Below are positions 21,738 to 34,365 of a stretch of DNA of 64,000 nucleotides, piece by piece. Source of the stretch: Hamiltosporidium tvaerminnensis FI-OER-3-3 (Eukaryota; Fungi; Microsporidia); the NCBI GenBank assembly GCA_022605425.2, contig JAKIMF020000001.1:992001-1056000 (forward strand), in the 5' to 3' direction. The notes under the pieces are model-generated. The model had not been told where the DNA came from. It searched no databases and saw only the letters and a program-made list of their open reading frames with translations. The first letter of the stretch is position 1; each line of letters begins with the position of its first letter. Both the position numbers and the translations under genes were made by a program.

Positions 21738-24700
21738 ATGGGTAGAAAGAAAAATGTTAGCAGCGAAATATCGAATAATACCAAAATAAAGGCTGCAAAC
21801 GACGCTGATGAGGTGAAAAGGAGTGATAGTGAGATACAAAAATGTAAGCTACACCCACCGGCGATTTCCCTACCTTCCTCCTCCTACACAACAATAACAC
21901 CTCCACCACCAAGCCAAACATGCAGTAAAATGCAAAATAGTGGGCTTGACACCTTACCTTCGCCTAATGCACCAGTTCCCTCTTCGGTTGAAGTCTCTGC
22001 GTGCGAGCCATCGTACGACATGACAAGCCCCTGTACTCTAGCTATTCCGGAAGGTAACAGGCTAATGGCATTGCGGACGATATTCGATTCCGTAACAGCC
22101 GACCCGAAGGAATGGCCTCGAATTGTTTTTTTTGCAGTACAGACAAGGTTTGAAAGAATGCCAAGAAATGGCTGGACAGAGCTTCACAGGTACTATAATG
22201 AGAAATTCGGCTGCACTGAAACTCTCGAAGTGTTAAAAAAATTGGCACAAAGTGAGATGGGAAAGGATGTAAAATCAGAAGAGAATGGAGAGCGACGTAG
22301 AATCGCCACTTGTCTCGCTGATACATGCACCTTGACCGACACCACGGAGTACATAAACCTGAGAGATAAATTCTTGAGTAAAATCAAAGAAATCTCTGAG
22401 AACGAAATTGGAAAAGTGGTGGTCCGAACTAGAAAACATCCAAATGAATTGGTTGATAGTAAAGTTCTGGATCTCATTAATCGAGTAGTCGGTGAATATG
22501 CAGGAGCTCATGTACCTGAGTCAATTACGGAAGCCGCGTATATCATGCAAGCTGCGCAGGTATGCTATGACGAGGCAACACGCAAAGAAAAGCCTAGATC
22601 CGCTTGGAAGGAAAACATAGAAAGTAAAATTTCTAAGTTAGTACTTTCCAAAGATCTCCTCGAGAAAGCTCGTAAGCAGGAAAAGCTCTCCACTTCGGAA
22701 ACGAAGAGCCTTAAGAAAATCATGCGAGAGTTTAATTTAAACCTGAGCAGCGTAACTGATCTTTCTGAGGCTTTAGTTAAGAAGAATGAGTCTTTGAATG
22801 TTTACGAGAAAAAAATTACGATGCATGAAAGTAGGAAGCAATTCCGAAAAGAGAATCGTATGTTTGAGCTTTTCCGAGGTCGATTTTATCGTGGGTTATC
22901 CGAGCGTGTGGAATCCGAGCATGTGGTTAGCCGTGATGAAATTGTGAGTTTTTGGTCTACAATGTGGAACAAAAATGATGACACAGTCACGTACGATGAT
23001 TATTTGATTCCATTTGTATCAGATAATCATCCGACCACGTTTCCTTCACTTGATGAATTTGTGAATATCATTAATTGGCTCCCTAATTGGAAAGCTGCTG
23101 GAATTGATGGTATTTACAATTTTTTCATTAAGAAACTTACAACTCTTCACAAATATCTTTATGATTTTTTGAAAGTTATATTTTAGAAGAAACACCTCAA
23201 GCTGATTGGTTTTACTGCGGGCTTACGTATTTGATACCGAAAGGAATTCCACGAAGAGGCTCTGACTACAGGCCAATCACTTGTATGTCCAACCTCTATA
23301 AGTTAACGACAAAGTGTGTAACGAAAGTCGTTCAACTTGAAGTGAAAAGGTGAATATTGCTTGCAGAGAACCAGTTGGGAGCAGTTAGAGATGTACAGGG
23401 AGCAAAAGAGCAGGCTCTACTGAATATTGCCTTAAATTAAGAGTATGGAAATAATCTTAAAGCAATATTGATTGATGTTAGAAAAGCTTATGATTCAATA
23501 GATCATGCTTATTTAACTCACTGCATTGAAAACCTTAATTTACCTGATTGGATCCTGAAATTTATTAAGGTAATTATATCAAAATGGAAAATTGATATAT
23601 CAGTAGGGCCTGAAAAAATCATGAGCAAGAAGATTGATAGAGGGATTCTACAAGGAGATAGTCTGTCACCTTTGTTATTTGTGTTGTGTATGGATCCATT
23701 AAGCCGAAAGCTTAATGAAAAATACACAAAAGCGACAGTACAAACAGATGCAGAATCCCATTCTACTAATCATCTCTTGTTTATTGATGATCTAAAGCTC
23801 CTTGCTAAAGACAGTTCGACATTGAGTGCTATGATAGACGAGGGAAAAGATTTTTTGAAGGTGATTGGGTTAGAAATTAACAAAGAGAAGTCAGCCACAA
23901 ATGATACGTTTTTCTAAGATACTGCTACTTTTCTAGAAGGTGTTAGTGTTTACAAATATTTAGGAATAATAGAAGATAGCAGAGAAATTCCAACCGTAGC
24001 ACAATCGATGAAATAGAAAGCAAGCTGATATCAAGAGTTGAAAGACTTTGTCACACTAGATTAAATGCAAAAAATTTATTTTCTGCAATCAATCAACATG
24101 CGATATCGTTAATCAACTACCACATAGGAGTACTTCGACTTGAACCGGCTGACTTCTCTAAGTTAGATGATGCAGTGCGTGCGGTGTTGGTGAAGAATAA
24201 AATACATCTCCGCCCAGGATGTAAAGAGCGTTTATACCTTCCTAGAACAGAACTTGGAAGAGGTCTACATAGTGTTGAGTTGCGAAGCGAACATATGCTT
24301 CTGCAACTCTTGGATTGTCTGGAAAAAAGTAAAGAAATATCAACTAGACGAGCAGCGATCCTCAAGGTGGAGAATAATAATAAATCCCATCTTGCACTAA
24401 TAAAAGGCTTCTTAAAAGTAAAGTACAGGTTGGTAGAAGAAGTCACTAAGAAAAGTTTAGAAGAAGCTCAACTTGCAAAATTATATAACGAAATAGAAAA
24501 ACGAAAACTCCATTCAAAGTTATATAATGCAAGGAAAAATGAGCTTGTGAGTGTTAGTGACTCTTCAAGGTGGCTAAAGAGAGGAAATATTAGGCCACAA
24601 AATGAATCTGTGTTCTGCTATATCCAGGATAGAAATGTATTCTGGGGAGCAGATGGTGTGTGTCAACATTGCGGGAAGTCTCGTAAGACTGTAGATCATC

Positions 24701-25540
24701 TAGCAACTAGATGTGAAAAAATGCTAGGCCATGATTACACTAGACGGCATAATGAAGTGGTTAGATGCCTACACCTACTTCTTCTAAATAGATATAAGTT
24801 TAAGGCTTCAAAACGAATAAGGAGTCACTCAGTTCAAGAAATTCTTGATAATGAGTATGCAGAGATAAGAGTGGACACCAGAATTAAAACTGATGTTAAA
24901 ATTCGGAATAACAGATCCGACATATTTTTTTTTAGATAAGAAGAAGAATAAGATAACACTCATTGAAGTAGGAATCACTTCCCAAGATTCACTTCAAATA
25001 GTTGAAACTGAAAAACTTAGGAAGTATGACCTGCTAGCCAATGAGTTGGGTCTTATTTATAAGTGTAGTGTTGAGATAATCCCTTATGTGATGACCTGGG
25101 ACGGTATTGTGACAAAATACCATAAATCTCATATTAAAAGACTAGAAATACCCATGAATGTAGAAGCATACATTCAGTCTATAGTACTTAAGAAGACAGT
25201 CGAAACAATTTCCTTTGATCGACGAAGAGGACTTGAGTCAGGACTAAATGCCGAAGAGAGCTGGGAGAGAGCGTCAATGGGTGTTATTATGAGATCAGAG
25301 ATGCATGAGGAACCAATACCCCCTTTAAAAGAAGCGAAAACAGAGGAAGATGGTGCCAAAAATTTTAAACCAAAATATAAAGCCCCCTTTATTTTACAAG
25401 GAGGAACCACTTTAGAGGAACCGACCAATAACATAAATGAAGAGTCGGATTTGGAAGAAGAGACAATAGTGGTTAAAGAGGTAGAAGAAAACATATAAAA
25501 ATGGTAAAAATGTTTTAACCCAGAATTTTATTAAATAAAA
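21738..25540 (+). mobile_element. Full-length R4/Dong-clade non-LTR retrotransposon (RT, CCHC knuckle, restriction-like endonuclease), inactivated
   Basis: WKAAGIDG, RGILQGDSLSPLLF, LFIDD, YKYLG, CQHC..TVDHLATRC, RHNEVV, LIEVGIT, EKLRKY; 13-bp TSD ATAGTATTATAAG at 21725-21737 and 25541-25553; several stops and frameshifts. Confidence 0.95.
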
Positions 25541-25934
25541 ATAGTATTATAAGTTAAAGACAAGGTATAACTAAAAGAATTTTCTGCTTTTTTTATTATC
25601 TCTATGGGAAAATTACAGTTTTAAAAATTTGAATTTAAAATTTCAGATTAGAATTTAATACAATAGTACTAAAGCATGATTTATCAAATAAGTAAATAAA
25701 ATTTGAATGTACACCTAATTAATATTTTGTTTCTCATTTCTTAGGTATATATTCTCAATTGATTTACAAATAAATTATAAAAAGTTATTAATTATTAGAG
25801 TTTACTATAAATATGGTTTCTTATATAATAAAAATATATTTTGAATCAACTTTCTGTTTTTTTAATTTTAATTTATCAAATATGTTTTGTTTGAAAAAGA
25901 AAAAAAATATTTTAATAAAATTTAATAAATAAAA

Positions 25935-26471
25935 TTATTTCAAATCCAACAGAGAAACTAAATAATGTAAATAAGTAAATGCCATTGGTGCTATTATATG
26001 CAAATTTTCTTTTATAAACGACTTAATTATATGACAAATCACTATCATTTTAGAATAAATAAAATAATCAAACACAAGTAAAATATCCATAGATTTTTCA
26101 TCTGTAAAAGAATTACATTTTCCATTTTTTATCCAAAAAAAAGATGGATATTTTGAAGGTTTGAAAAGTGTAGCAATATATGCTTCCTGTAATGTATCAA
26201 CACATATAAATCCTACATTGGTTACATTTAGTGCTATATTGCTATAAAAAACATGTTCCTTTCTTTTTTTATAATCTATAATTATTAACCAATCCCCAAT
26301 GTATATTTCATTTATATTTTTTTTATTTATATTAATTAATTTGTATTTGTAACTTATAGATTTTTCTTTAATGTCCATCTTCTTATTATCAAATATTTCT
26401 CTTTTAAAAATTAAAACTAAAAATGTAATAAGTGTACCAAATATTCCTTTCTTCAAATGAACGGAAAACAT
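25935..26471 (-). CDS. TMX-like thioredoxin-fold membrane protein lacking CxxC
   Basis: N-terminal hydrophobic segment; LININKKNINEIYIGDWLIII..NVGFICVD..LFKPSKYPSFFWIKNG parallels the TMX1 thioredoxin domain; hydrophobic C-terminus; CCC upstream of ATG. Confidence 0.6.
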   Translation of the reverse strand: MFSVHLKKGIFGTLITFLVLIFKREIFDNKKMDIKEKSISYKYKLININKKNINEIYIGDWLIIIDYKKRKEHVFYSNIALNVTNVGFICVDTLQEAYIATLFKPSKYPSFFWIKNGKCNSFTDEKSMDILLVFDYFIYSKMIVICHIIKSFIKENLHIIAPMAFTYLHYLVSLLDLK

Positions 26472-27079
26472 TTATCTTTAAGGGTAAAGAAGTATTTTAT
26501 AATGTATGGTTATCTAAGAGACAAAATATTTAATAGAAAAAATTGTTTTTTTAACTTTTTTTATGTGTTTATATCCCCAAAATTATATTTTATTTTCTTT
26601 TTGATTCATCTTTTACTTTTCTATTCATTTTTTGTACTTTGAATCAAAACTATAATTTTGATATTCATAAGTGTGATTAACAGTTTTATGTTTTAGTGTT
26701 TTTGCTTGTTTAACATTTTGTTGAATTATCAGATGACTCACTCGTAATATATCTTGGATCGTGTCTCTTCTAGGTCCTATAATTTAAACATAACATTATT
26801 TATACTTAAAGAGATAAAATATTAATAGGTGCTCTTAAAATGGAAAAAGAACCAGAGATAATGCTTATCTGTACAATTATTTAGGAAACTTTCATTTTCT
26901 GTTATAATTTTATTCTAAAATTAATCATTTGATATATTAAAAAAACCATCTAAATATTTGATACTAGATTATTTAAACTATGCTATATATTGTATAAATA
27001 GTTTTTTTAAATGTTGCTTTACTGTGAAAGAATCGATTTTTATAAATAAATAATATTCAGTAGTATTAATTTATATTAT

Positions 27080-28945
27080 AAGTCAGTCACAAATGATACG
27101 TTTGCTAAGATACTGCTACTCTTCTTGAAGGTTTAGGTGATTAAAAACATTTAGGAATAATAGAAGATAGCAGAAGTAATCCAACCGTAGCTCAATCGAT
27201 GAAATAGAAAGCAAGCTGATATTAAGAGCGGAAAAACTTTTCACAATAGATTAAATGCAAAAAATTTATTTTCTGCAACAAAAAACTATGCAATATTGTT
27301 AATTAACTATCACATAGGTGTACTTCGTCCTTAACCGACTGACTTCCATAAGTTGGATGATGCAGTGCATGCAGTGTTGGTGAAGAATAAGGTACATCTT
27401 CGCCCAGGATGTAAAGAGCGTTTGTACCTTTCTAGAACCGAACTTGGAAGAGGCCTAAATAGTGTTGAGTTGCGAAGCGAACATATGCTTTTGCACCTCT
27501 TGGATTGTCTGGAAAAAAGTAAAGAAATATCAACTAGACGAGCAGCAATCCTCAAGGTGAAGAATAATAAAACCCATTTTGCACTAATAAAAGTCTTCTT
27601 AGAAGTAAAGTACAGGTTGGTAGAAGAAGTCACTAAGAAAAGTTTAGAAAAAGCTCAACTTGCAAAACTATATGACGAAATAGAAAAATGAAAACTCCAT
27701 TCAAAGTTATATAATGCAAGAAAAAATGAGCTTTTTAGTGTATGTGACTCTTCAAGATGGCTAAAGAGAGAAAATATTAGGTCACGAAATGAAGCTGTGT
27801 TCTGGTATATCCAGGATAGAAATGTATTCTGGGGAGCAGATGGTGTGGGCCAACACTGCAATAAATCTGGTAAGACTGTTGATCATCTAGCAACTCGATG
27901 TGAAAAAATGCTAGGCCATGACTACACCAGACGACAATGAAAGAGTAAGAGGCATGGACTTACTCCTACTAAATAGATATGAGTTCAAGTTTTCAAAAAG
28001 AATTAGAAGTCATTCAGTTCAAGAAATTCTTGTAATGAGTATACAGAGGTAAGAGTGGACACCAGAATAAAAAATGAGGTCAATATTCGAAATAAAGACC
28101 CGATATATTTATTTTAGACAAGAAGAAGAACATGCTTGCACAGATTAAGTAGGAATCACCTGCCAAGATTTACTTCATTAGTCGAAATGGAGAAACTTAG
28201 GAAATGAGAACTGTTCGTCAATTTGTTAGGTTTTATTTATAATTTAGTGTTTATATAACCCCTTATGAGATGACTTAGAACGGTATTGTCATAAAATACT
28301 ATAAATGATACCTCTAAAGACCGCAAATCTTCATGAATGAAGAGCACTGGTATTTAATCTTTTAGTGAGTTGCATCCCTTTGTATTTGGAAATCAGTTTG
28401 CACGGACGAGTAAAAAGTGTTTCAATTTTTTGCGAATTCGTTCGGCCTTTAAGAAAAGAATACATGTAATAAATCTCTGTAACAGCTTAAGCTTTTAACA
28501 GGGGCTTCTATAGCACTCCAAAAAATACCTTCCTGTACCCTCCGTTAAAAACCGCTGATATAGAGGCATACATTCAATCGATGGTACTTAAGAATACAGT
28601 TAAACAATTTCCTTTGGCCGACAAAAACTACTTGAGTCGGGATAAAATGCCGAATAGAGGTGGGAAAGAGCCACAGTGGATGTTATTAAGAGATCTGAGA
28701 TGCATGGGGAACCAACAACCTCTCTAAAATAAGCCAGAAACTATTAATATGGTGTTAAACATTGAAAAAAAATAATAAACCGCTTATTTTGAAGGAACAA
28801 CAGAGTTAGAAGAACAGATAATAAATATAAATGAAGAGTTAGATATAGAGCTAAAGAGAGTGGTACATGAAATAAAAGGAAATATATAATAGTGTTAGAA
28901 TGCTTATTACTTAGGAATTCTAAAATTTATTAAATATTTATTAAA
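27080..28945 (+). mobile_element. 5'-truncated degraded R4-clade LINE, interrupted by a MITE
   Basis: Colinear with 23890-25540. Confidence 0.92.
28345..28557. mobile_element. 213-bp hAT-type MITE
   Basis: Imperfect TIRs CACTGGTATTTAA / TTAAAAACCGCTG; 8-bp TSD ATGAAGAG / ATATAGAG where uninterrupted LINE copies have a single ATGTAGA(A/G). Confidence 0.75.
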
Positions 28946-28989
28946 TTCAAATTAAAAAAAGCGTTAAAAAATATATTTTTTATAGCCTT

Positions 28990-31290
28990 ATGCTAGAGAT
29001 ATCAACAAATAATATTTTATTTCAGGTAATTTACAATAAGAAGACAAATATTTTCTTTACTTGGGTCTTTTTGATAATAAATTTAAAAGCGGTAAATCAA
29101 ATTTTTTTATTTTTATAACGAAATGGACTATAAATGTTCGAATATAGATTTCAGGGAGAAACATGAAAACTTGTATTCTGGGTTTATCAAGAAAAAATTT
29201 AATTTTTATAGGCACGATGAATGTACATTGCAAAATAATATCTATTTTATTTTCAAATGAATTTCAATTGAATTTTAAGGATATAAATGAAGATGATACT
29301 GATATTAAAATATGTATAAATACAAAAGCAATAACTTATGATGATTTTTTGTATTTTATTAGAATAATAAAAGATAAATACGAAGTAAAAGAATTATAAA
29401 ACTTAAGGATTTGGTATGGATTATACATATACTTGATTTTATTTAATTCGTTAGAGATAAAAAATTTGTGTAATTACACGTCTTCTTTTGCTGCCTATAA
29501 TTTTTAATGGTGAGAATATTTATGAAAAACGGAATTTTTTTAAAAAAGCACACATATCTCTAACATTTTTAAAGATTATTTCACGTGAATTCAGTACAAT
29601 AATTTTTATAAGGTAAAATTATTCGAAGAGAAAATCTCATTAGATCAAATTTAAAATTGTATTAGTAATTATTTTGATACTAACAGTATAAAAAATACTC
29701 ATTTTGTTTATTTGAATTCAAATTTGATAGCACAGATAGAAAAAGGCATGAAATATAATACGGAGTTCAAATATAGTGCAAAAATATTTTTGGAGGATTC
29801 CGAATTCAAAGAATATTTTTACCTGCGAATAGGCCAATTTATAATATATCATATATTTTACAAACTGTGCTTTTTTCTTCAGAAGAAGATGTCTATTTTT
29901 ATCCTTGGGAGAACATGAATTTTTTGAGGTATTGAGTCAAAATTTTAGTCTTAAAAATTTAAAAGCTTATATTTCTTTTTTTGTCGATTCTAAGCGATTT
30001 CAGAAAATTATTTTAGGAATCCGAAATTGCTAACACAAATAAATTTTTATTATTCTTCTTCAACATACATAAAATCACCAGAGAAAACATACACATATCT
30101 ACAAAATATTATTTCCTTATTTAAGCTTGAAATTTTAGTTAAAAAAATATTTCAAATTTATTGGAACTTAATACAAATAAACAAACTTTTGTTAAAAAAA
30201 TAGATATAAATTCTTTTATAGATATTAATAAAATATTAATTACATCGCTCGAGTTAGAAAGCAATCTATATCAAATATATCGGTTTAATCGAATATTTTT
30301 TTAATTTATCACTTTTTAAATTTGAAATGCACACCTCAAATCCTCATTCGTTCACAAAAAATTAAACATATTATTCAAAAAGTTTCTATAGAAGGTTTGG
30401 TTTTCAATAATATGCCTATAAATAACACTATTAAGGAATTATGTATATAAGATCCGAATTCACAAATAATTTCTTAGCTGAATTTTTATTACTACCTAAT
30501 TTAAATAGTATAGAACTTTTCACCTGTAAAGCGTTTTTTAGTAAAAAAAAATTGAATATAAGAAACACAAAAAAATGAACAATTTGTCTATTTATGGAAG
30601 TTATTCTGAGAATTCAGAAGATTTTGTTGAATTTATAATTAGTTTATTAAATTTAAAATCCATGCTTTTTCGTAATAATATAAACTTAAATGTATTTAAT
30701 CCTAATTGTAGCAAAAATAAGATCAACCTGAATAATTTAGGAAATCTGCATTATATACATGAAAATGAATTTCTAAATTATTTCCCCGACTTTTTTAATC
30801 TAAAATCAATCAGATATTTGATAATGGGTTACGAATATAAAGAAGGTTCTATTAAAAAATTGTCTCTTAATGAGAGCTTGAAAAATATTCAATCACTTTC
30901 ATTAGATAAGTTTAAAATAGGTACTTTGTTATGAATTCAATGTAAAGTTATATAAACATAACAAATCTATACTTGGATGATTGTAAATTCATCGATATAC
31001 CCTTTTCGAAATATTCGACAGAAAAAAAACGTATATGATCGAGAATTTAACTCTTAATCAAGTATTTTAAACAAAATTTGTATGTTTTTTTTATCAAATC
31101 TAATACATTTAAAATTTTTATATCTACGAAACTTAAATTTTCCAATTGAACCTATGAAATGGATAAAATAATTTCGTTAGATAAATCTAAAAGTATGATA
31201 GAAATAATGATTGATAAAAAAATTCGAAGTCAAATCATCAATCAATCAAAAGAACTGAAATTTCCCAATAATCTGGAAATATATACATTT
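28990..31290 (+). pseudogene. Pseudogene of the lineage-specific LRR-like family
   Basis: Chain of short ORFs (29163, 29712, 30575) with LRR-like pieces (NLKSMLF, NLKSIRYL, NIQSLSL) and many stops. Confidence 0.65.
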
Positions 31291-31319
31291 TAAAATTTAC
31301 TTATTTGATAAAATAAACT

Positions 31320-32275
31320 TTCTTATTTAAAAATATCGCATCTTTTTAAAACAGTGGCATAAGTTATATTGTTATAATGGCATTAAATAATTTCTAGATT
31401 TAACATAAATAACTGTTTTCCCAGCATACCATCGGTACCCCTTGCGATGCCTACGTCCCAAAGCCTTTCATCTACCAGGTGAGTAAAGCCTAAATAATAG
31501 GCGAGGCAGTTGCCAAAATTCGTTATGCCTGTTGCATAGAGTATGATCGAAGGCCGAAGCCCCCTCAGACAATGCTGCATTCCCACTTACTCCAAACTTT
31601 CCTAACCCAATAAACTTATAACTAAGACATATATAGGGCAAAATATATGGGCTCTACCAGACAGTGCTGTGTTCTTTATTTTTAGCTTGTTCCTTCCCCC
31701 ACGGATAGAACAGAATCCACAAATAACTTAAAGCTTCACCAAATTAAAAGCATTTCCTGGATATCTTCTTTTGACCGATTAGGTTGTCATCTAAACGTAA
31801 ATTTCTTTTTTCAAAGAATAAAGGGGGCATAATCCGGAGATCGAATCTGGCTCCGGTGATTAATTTCCGATATACATACCACAAGACCATTTACATAGTG
31901 AATGCCATACCAAAACGAATGACCTGCTACTTAGAATTCCTGTTCGTCCGAATGGTATATTTTTTGAGTATCGCACAGCGCAAAATTTTATATTCCGAGT
32001 GAGCAAGGCTAGGTTTTCATAAATTTACGCGGAAATTTCTGCAAAGTTCAGGCGTAGTTTCAAATATAGTTACACAAAAAACTACTAAATAGGTTTGTAG
32101 AAAATGTTTCGCCATTTATTTCTTAGACTTTCTTCTTCTCATATAAACACTAATTGAACAACCGAAGATGTCGTGTGGTTTTATTCAAAAAAAAATTCCA
32201 ACAATGATTTCAAACATAAATTTCACATATTCATTGGAAAGCAGATGGTTTATGAAGTTATTATCCTCCCTCCCT
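31320..32275 (-). mobile_element. Copy of the ~740-nt retroposon carrying a nested ~230-nt insertion
   Basis: Colinear with 15664-16406 (CCTACGTCCCAAAGCC, CCGAGTGAGCAAGGCTAGG). Confidence 0.85.
31668..31897 (-). mobile_element. Putative tRNA-derived SINE nested in the ~740-nt element
   Basis: Minus strand: A-box-like TGGTCTTGTGG, B-box-like GATTCGATCTCC, tRNA-like end CCGGATTATGCCC, A-rich tail; absent from the other host copies. Confidence 0.5.
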
Positions 32276-32417
32276 AAAAGTAAAATCTACAAAATGAAAG
32301 TTAAACATTTTATATTAAAACCAAAAGACATAAATAATAAAATTTCTTACAAAATATTTAATATTGAAAATATAAAAAAGAAAAAAATGTTTTATATTCA
32401 TAAAAAAAGTAGTCCCT

Positions 32418-33839
32418 ATGGAGATAGAATTGTTAAATGAATATATAAATGAAGAAATGTATTGGTCAGCACTTTCTATTGGGGAATATTTATTTAATAA
32501 AAATGGTAATACCGAGAACTTTTATATAATAACACAATCTTTATATGGATTGTGTTTTTACGAGAGATGTATTTCTTTATGTAATAAATATCCTGAATAT
32601 TTAAAATATTACGAAATACAAAATTTATTTTTAAAATGTTTTCATAAATCTTCATCGGATGAAAAAATCGATGAAAGTATTTTACATGAAAAAACTGTTA
32701 ATATAAATGTGACAAGTATTAGATTAGAAATTGAGCAAAAATCTGTTCGAAAATTTTTAGAAGCAAATATAAATTTCGATTCTATTCGTAAAAAGTTATT
32801 AATTGATGCAGTTATGACAGATAATAGAAACTTTGAAGCACTTTTTATTTTAAAAAATGAAAATCTGTGTAGTAAAAATGAAATGCTAAAAGTTTTGGAA
32901 AAATTAGAAAATTTAGAATTAAAAAAATTATACGGCGAAATTTTGTATCCAAAAGATATTTGTTTCAATTTTTATGAATCAAATTTCATTTCTCCTCACA
33001 TAAGTGAAAAACTCGCAAAAAAACTTTATAAAAAAAATTGTTTACCTGAACTGTTCAATCTTGGTGTTTTTATGGTCAAAAATTTTCCTAAATATGATAG
33101 ATCATACATAATTCTTGGAATATATTTCTTTGCAAAAAATAATTACAATGAAGCAAAAAAATGTTTCTATGAATCTGTTAAAATAAACAAATCTGGTGGA
33201 AAAGGCTGGCTTTATTTAGGTCTGGCATATTCTTTAGGAAATGAATCAGAAAATGCACTTTCATGTTTTCGCACAGCCGAAAAATACATGGTTGGCTCTT
33301 ATAAACCAAACATGTATATTGGCTACGAATATCATATAATGAATCATCCAAAACAAGCTTGTATTTATTATAGAAAAGCACTTAAAATAAAAAATTCGTT
33401 AAATATTTACAAAAAATATGTCTCAATGCTGATTTATTATGAAGGATACAAAGAAGCTCATAAAATTTTAAATTCAGATGTAATTGATTTTAAAAATGCA
33501 GATTCTATTACGATTTCAACTTTTGCTTTATTAAATTGTTACTGTAATTTATTTTTAGGAAATATCAAAGAGGCTGATTTACATCTGCAGAATTGTCAAA
33601 ACGATTGGAAATATTATGCAACGCGTGGGTTTATATATCATATGCGGATAAAAGCGTTGGATGCAATAAATAATTATCAAGAGGCTTTGATAAGGAAAGG
33701 AGAATGTAAAATACTCAGAGATCTTTTAGAACTTTCCATACAGAATTTAAATGAAAACATAAATACAATTGTTTTTGAATTCGCAGCCGATTTATTCGAT
33801 TTTTTAGATTTGAAAAGCCTAGATTTGCTTAGTTTATAA
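32418..33839 (+). CDS. CDC16: Anaphase-promoting complex TPR subunit APC6/Cdc16
   Basis: LFNLGVFMVKNFP..LGIYF..EAKKCF..GWLYLGLAYS..ESENALSCFRTA..SYKPNMYIGYEY parallels the APC6/Cut9 TPRs; CCC before ATG. Confidence 0.85.
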   Translation: MEIELLNEYINEEMYWSALSIGEYLFNKNGNTENFYIITQSLYGLCFYERCISLCNKYPEYLKYYEIQNLFLKCFHKSSSDEKIDESILHEKTVNINVTSIRLEIEQKSVRKFLEANINFDSIRKKLLIDAVMTDNRNFEALFILKNENLCSKNEMLKVLEKLENLELKKLYGEILYPKDICFNFYESNFISPHISEKLAKKLYKKNCLPELFNLGVFMVKNFPKYDRSYIILGIYFFAKNNYNEAKKCFYESVKINKSGGKGWLYLGLAYSLGNESENALSCFRTAEKYMVGSYKPNMYIGYEYHIMNHPKQACIYYRKALKIKNSLNIYKKYVSMLIYYEGYKEAHKILNSDVIDFKNADSITISTFALLNCYCNLFLGNIKEADLHLQNCQNDWKYYATRGFIYHMRIKALDAINNYQEALIRKGECKILRDLLELSIQNLNENINTIVFEFAADLFDFLDLKSLDLLSL

Positions 33840-34130
33840 GTTTTTATAGTCTCATTTTTAATCTCTATTTTATTATCACGAACATTGAATCAATAAATAT
33901 AATTTCTCCAAATTTTTCTTTAAATATTTATTTTGAGAAAATTCGTTATACTTTATATAAAATTCATACATTGATTATTCCTTATAATAGTAATTTAATA
34001 ATTGAATATTTTGAAAATTTTTCTACATCAATTATACAATTTAGTTTCTTCATAGTATTTTGATTAAAGATATCCTAGTTTTTCTTCACACAAAATAGAT
34101 AGAAAACAATTTTATAACAGTTGATTTCAT

Positions 34131-34365
34131 TAATTCATCCTTGGCACTACAGCTCTTTACAAGTCTTGGCCTCCCTTAGTACTACCGCCCACCGGTCTTT
34201 TTCCAGTGGGTTTGTTTACTTATCGAGTTTCGTAACAAGGTGGTTTTAAAGGGTGGGTTGTTAGCCCTACGCCCAACCCCAACATGGAGGATCAGTCCCT
34301 TTTAGTCGCCTCTTACGACAAGCAAAGAATAATCCAAGCCAATTCTGCTTTCGGCATGTAGGAAA
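34131..34365 (-). mobile_element. ~235-nt non-autonomous RTE-derived retroposon
   Basis: 15-bp TSD AACA(G/A)TTGATTTCAT at 34116-34130 and 34366-34380; RTE-like 5' motifs and RTE-like 3' end GCTGTAGTGCCAAGGATGA; second copy at 61173. Confidence 0.85.

Noticed and set aside
22042-25494. Minus-strand ORFs within the LINEs (also inside SEC18, SCC3, CDC16)
   Set aside because: Antisense shadows of real coding frames
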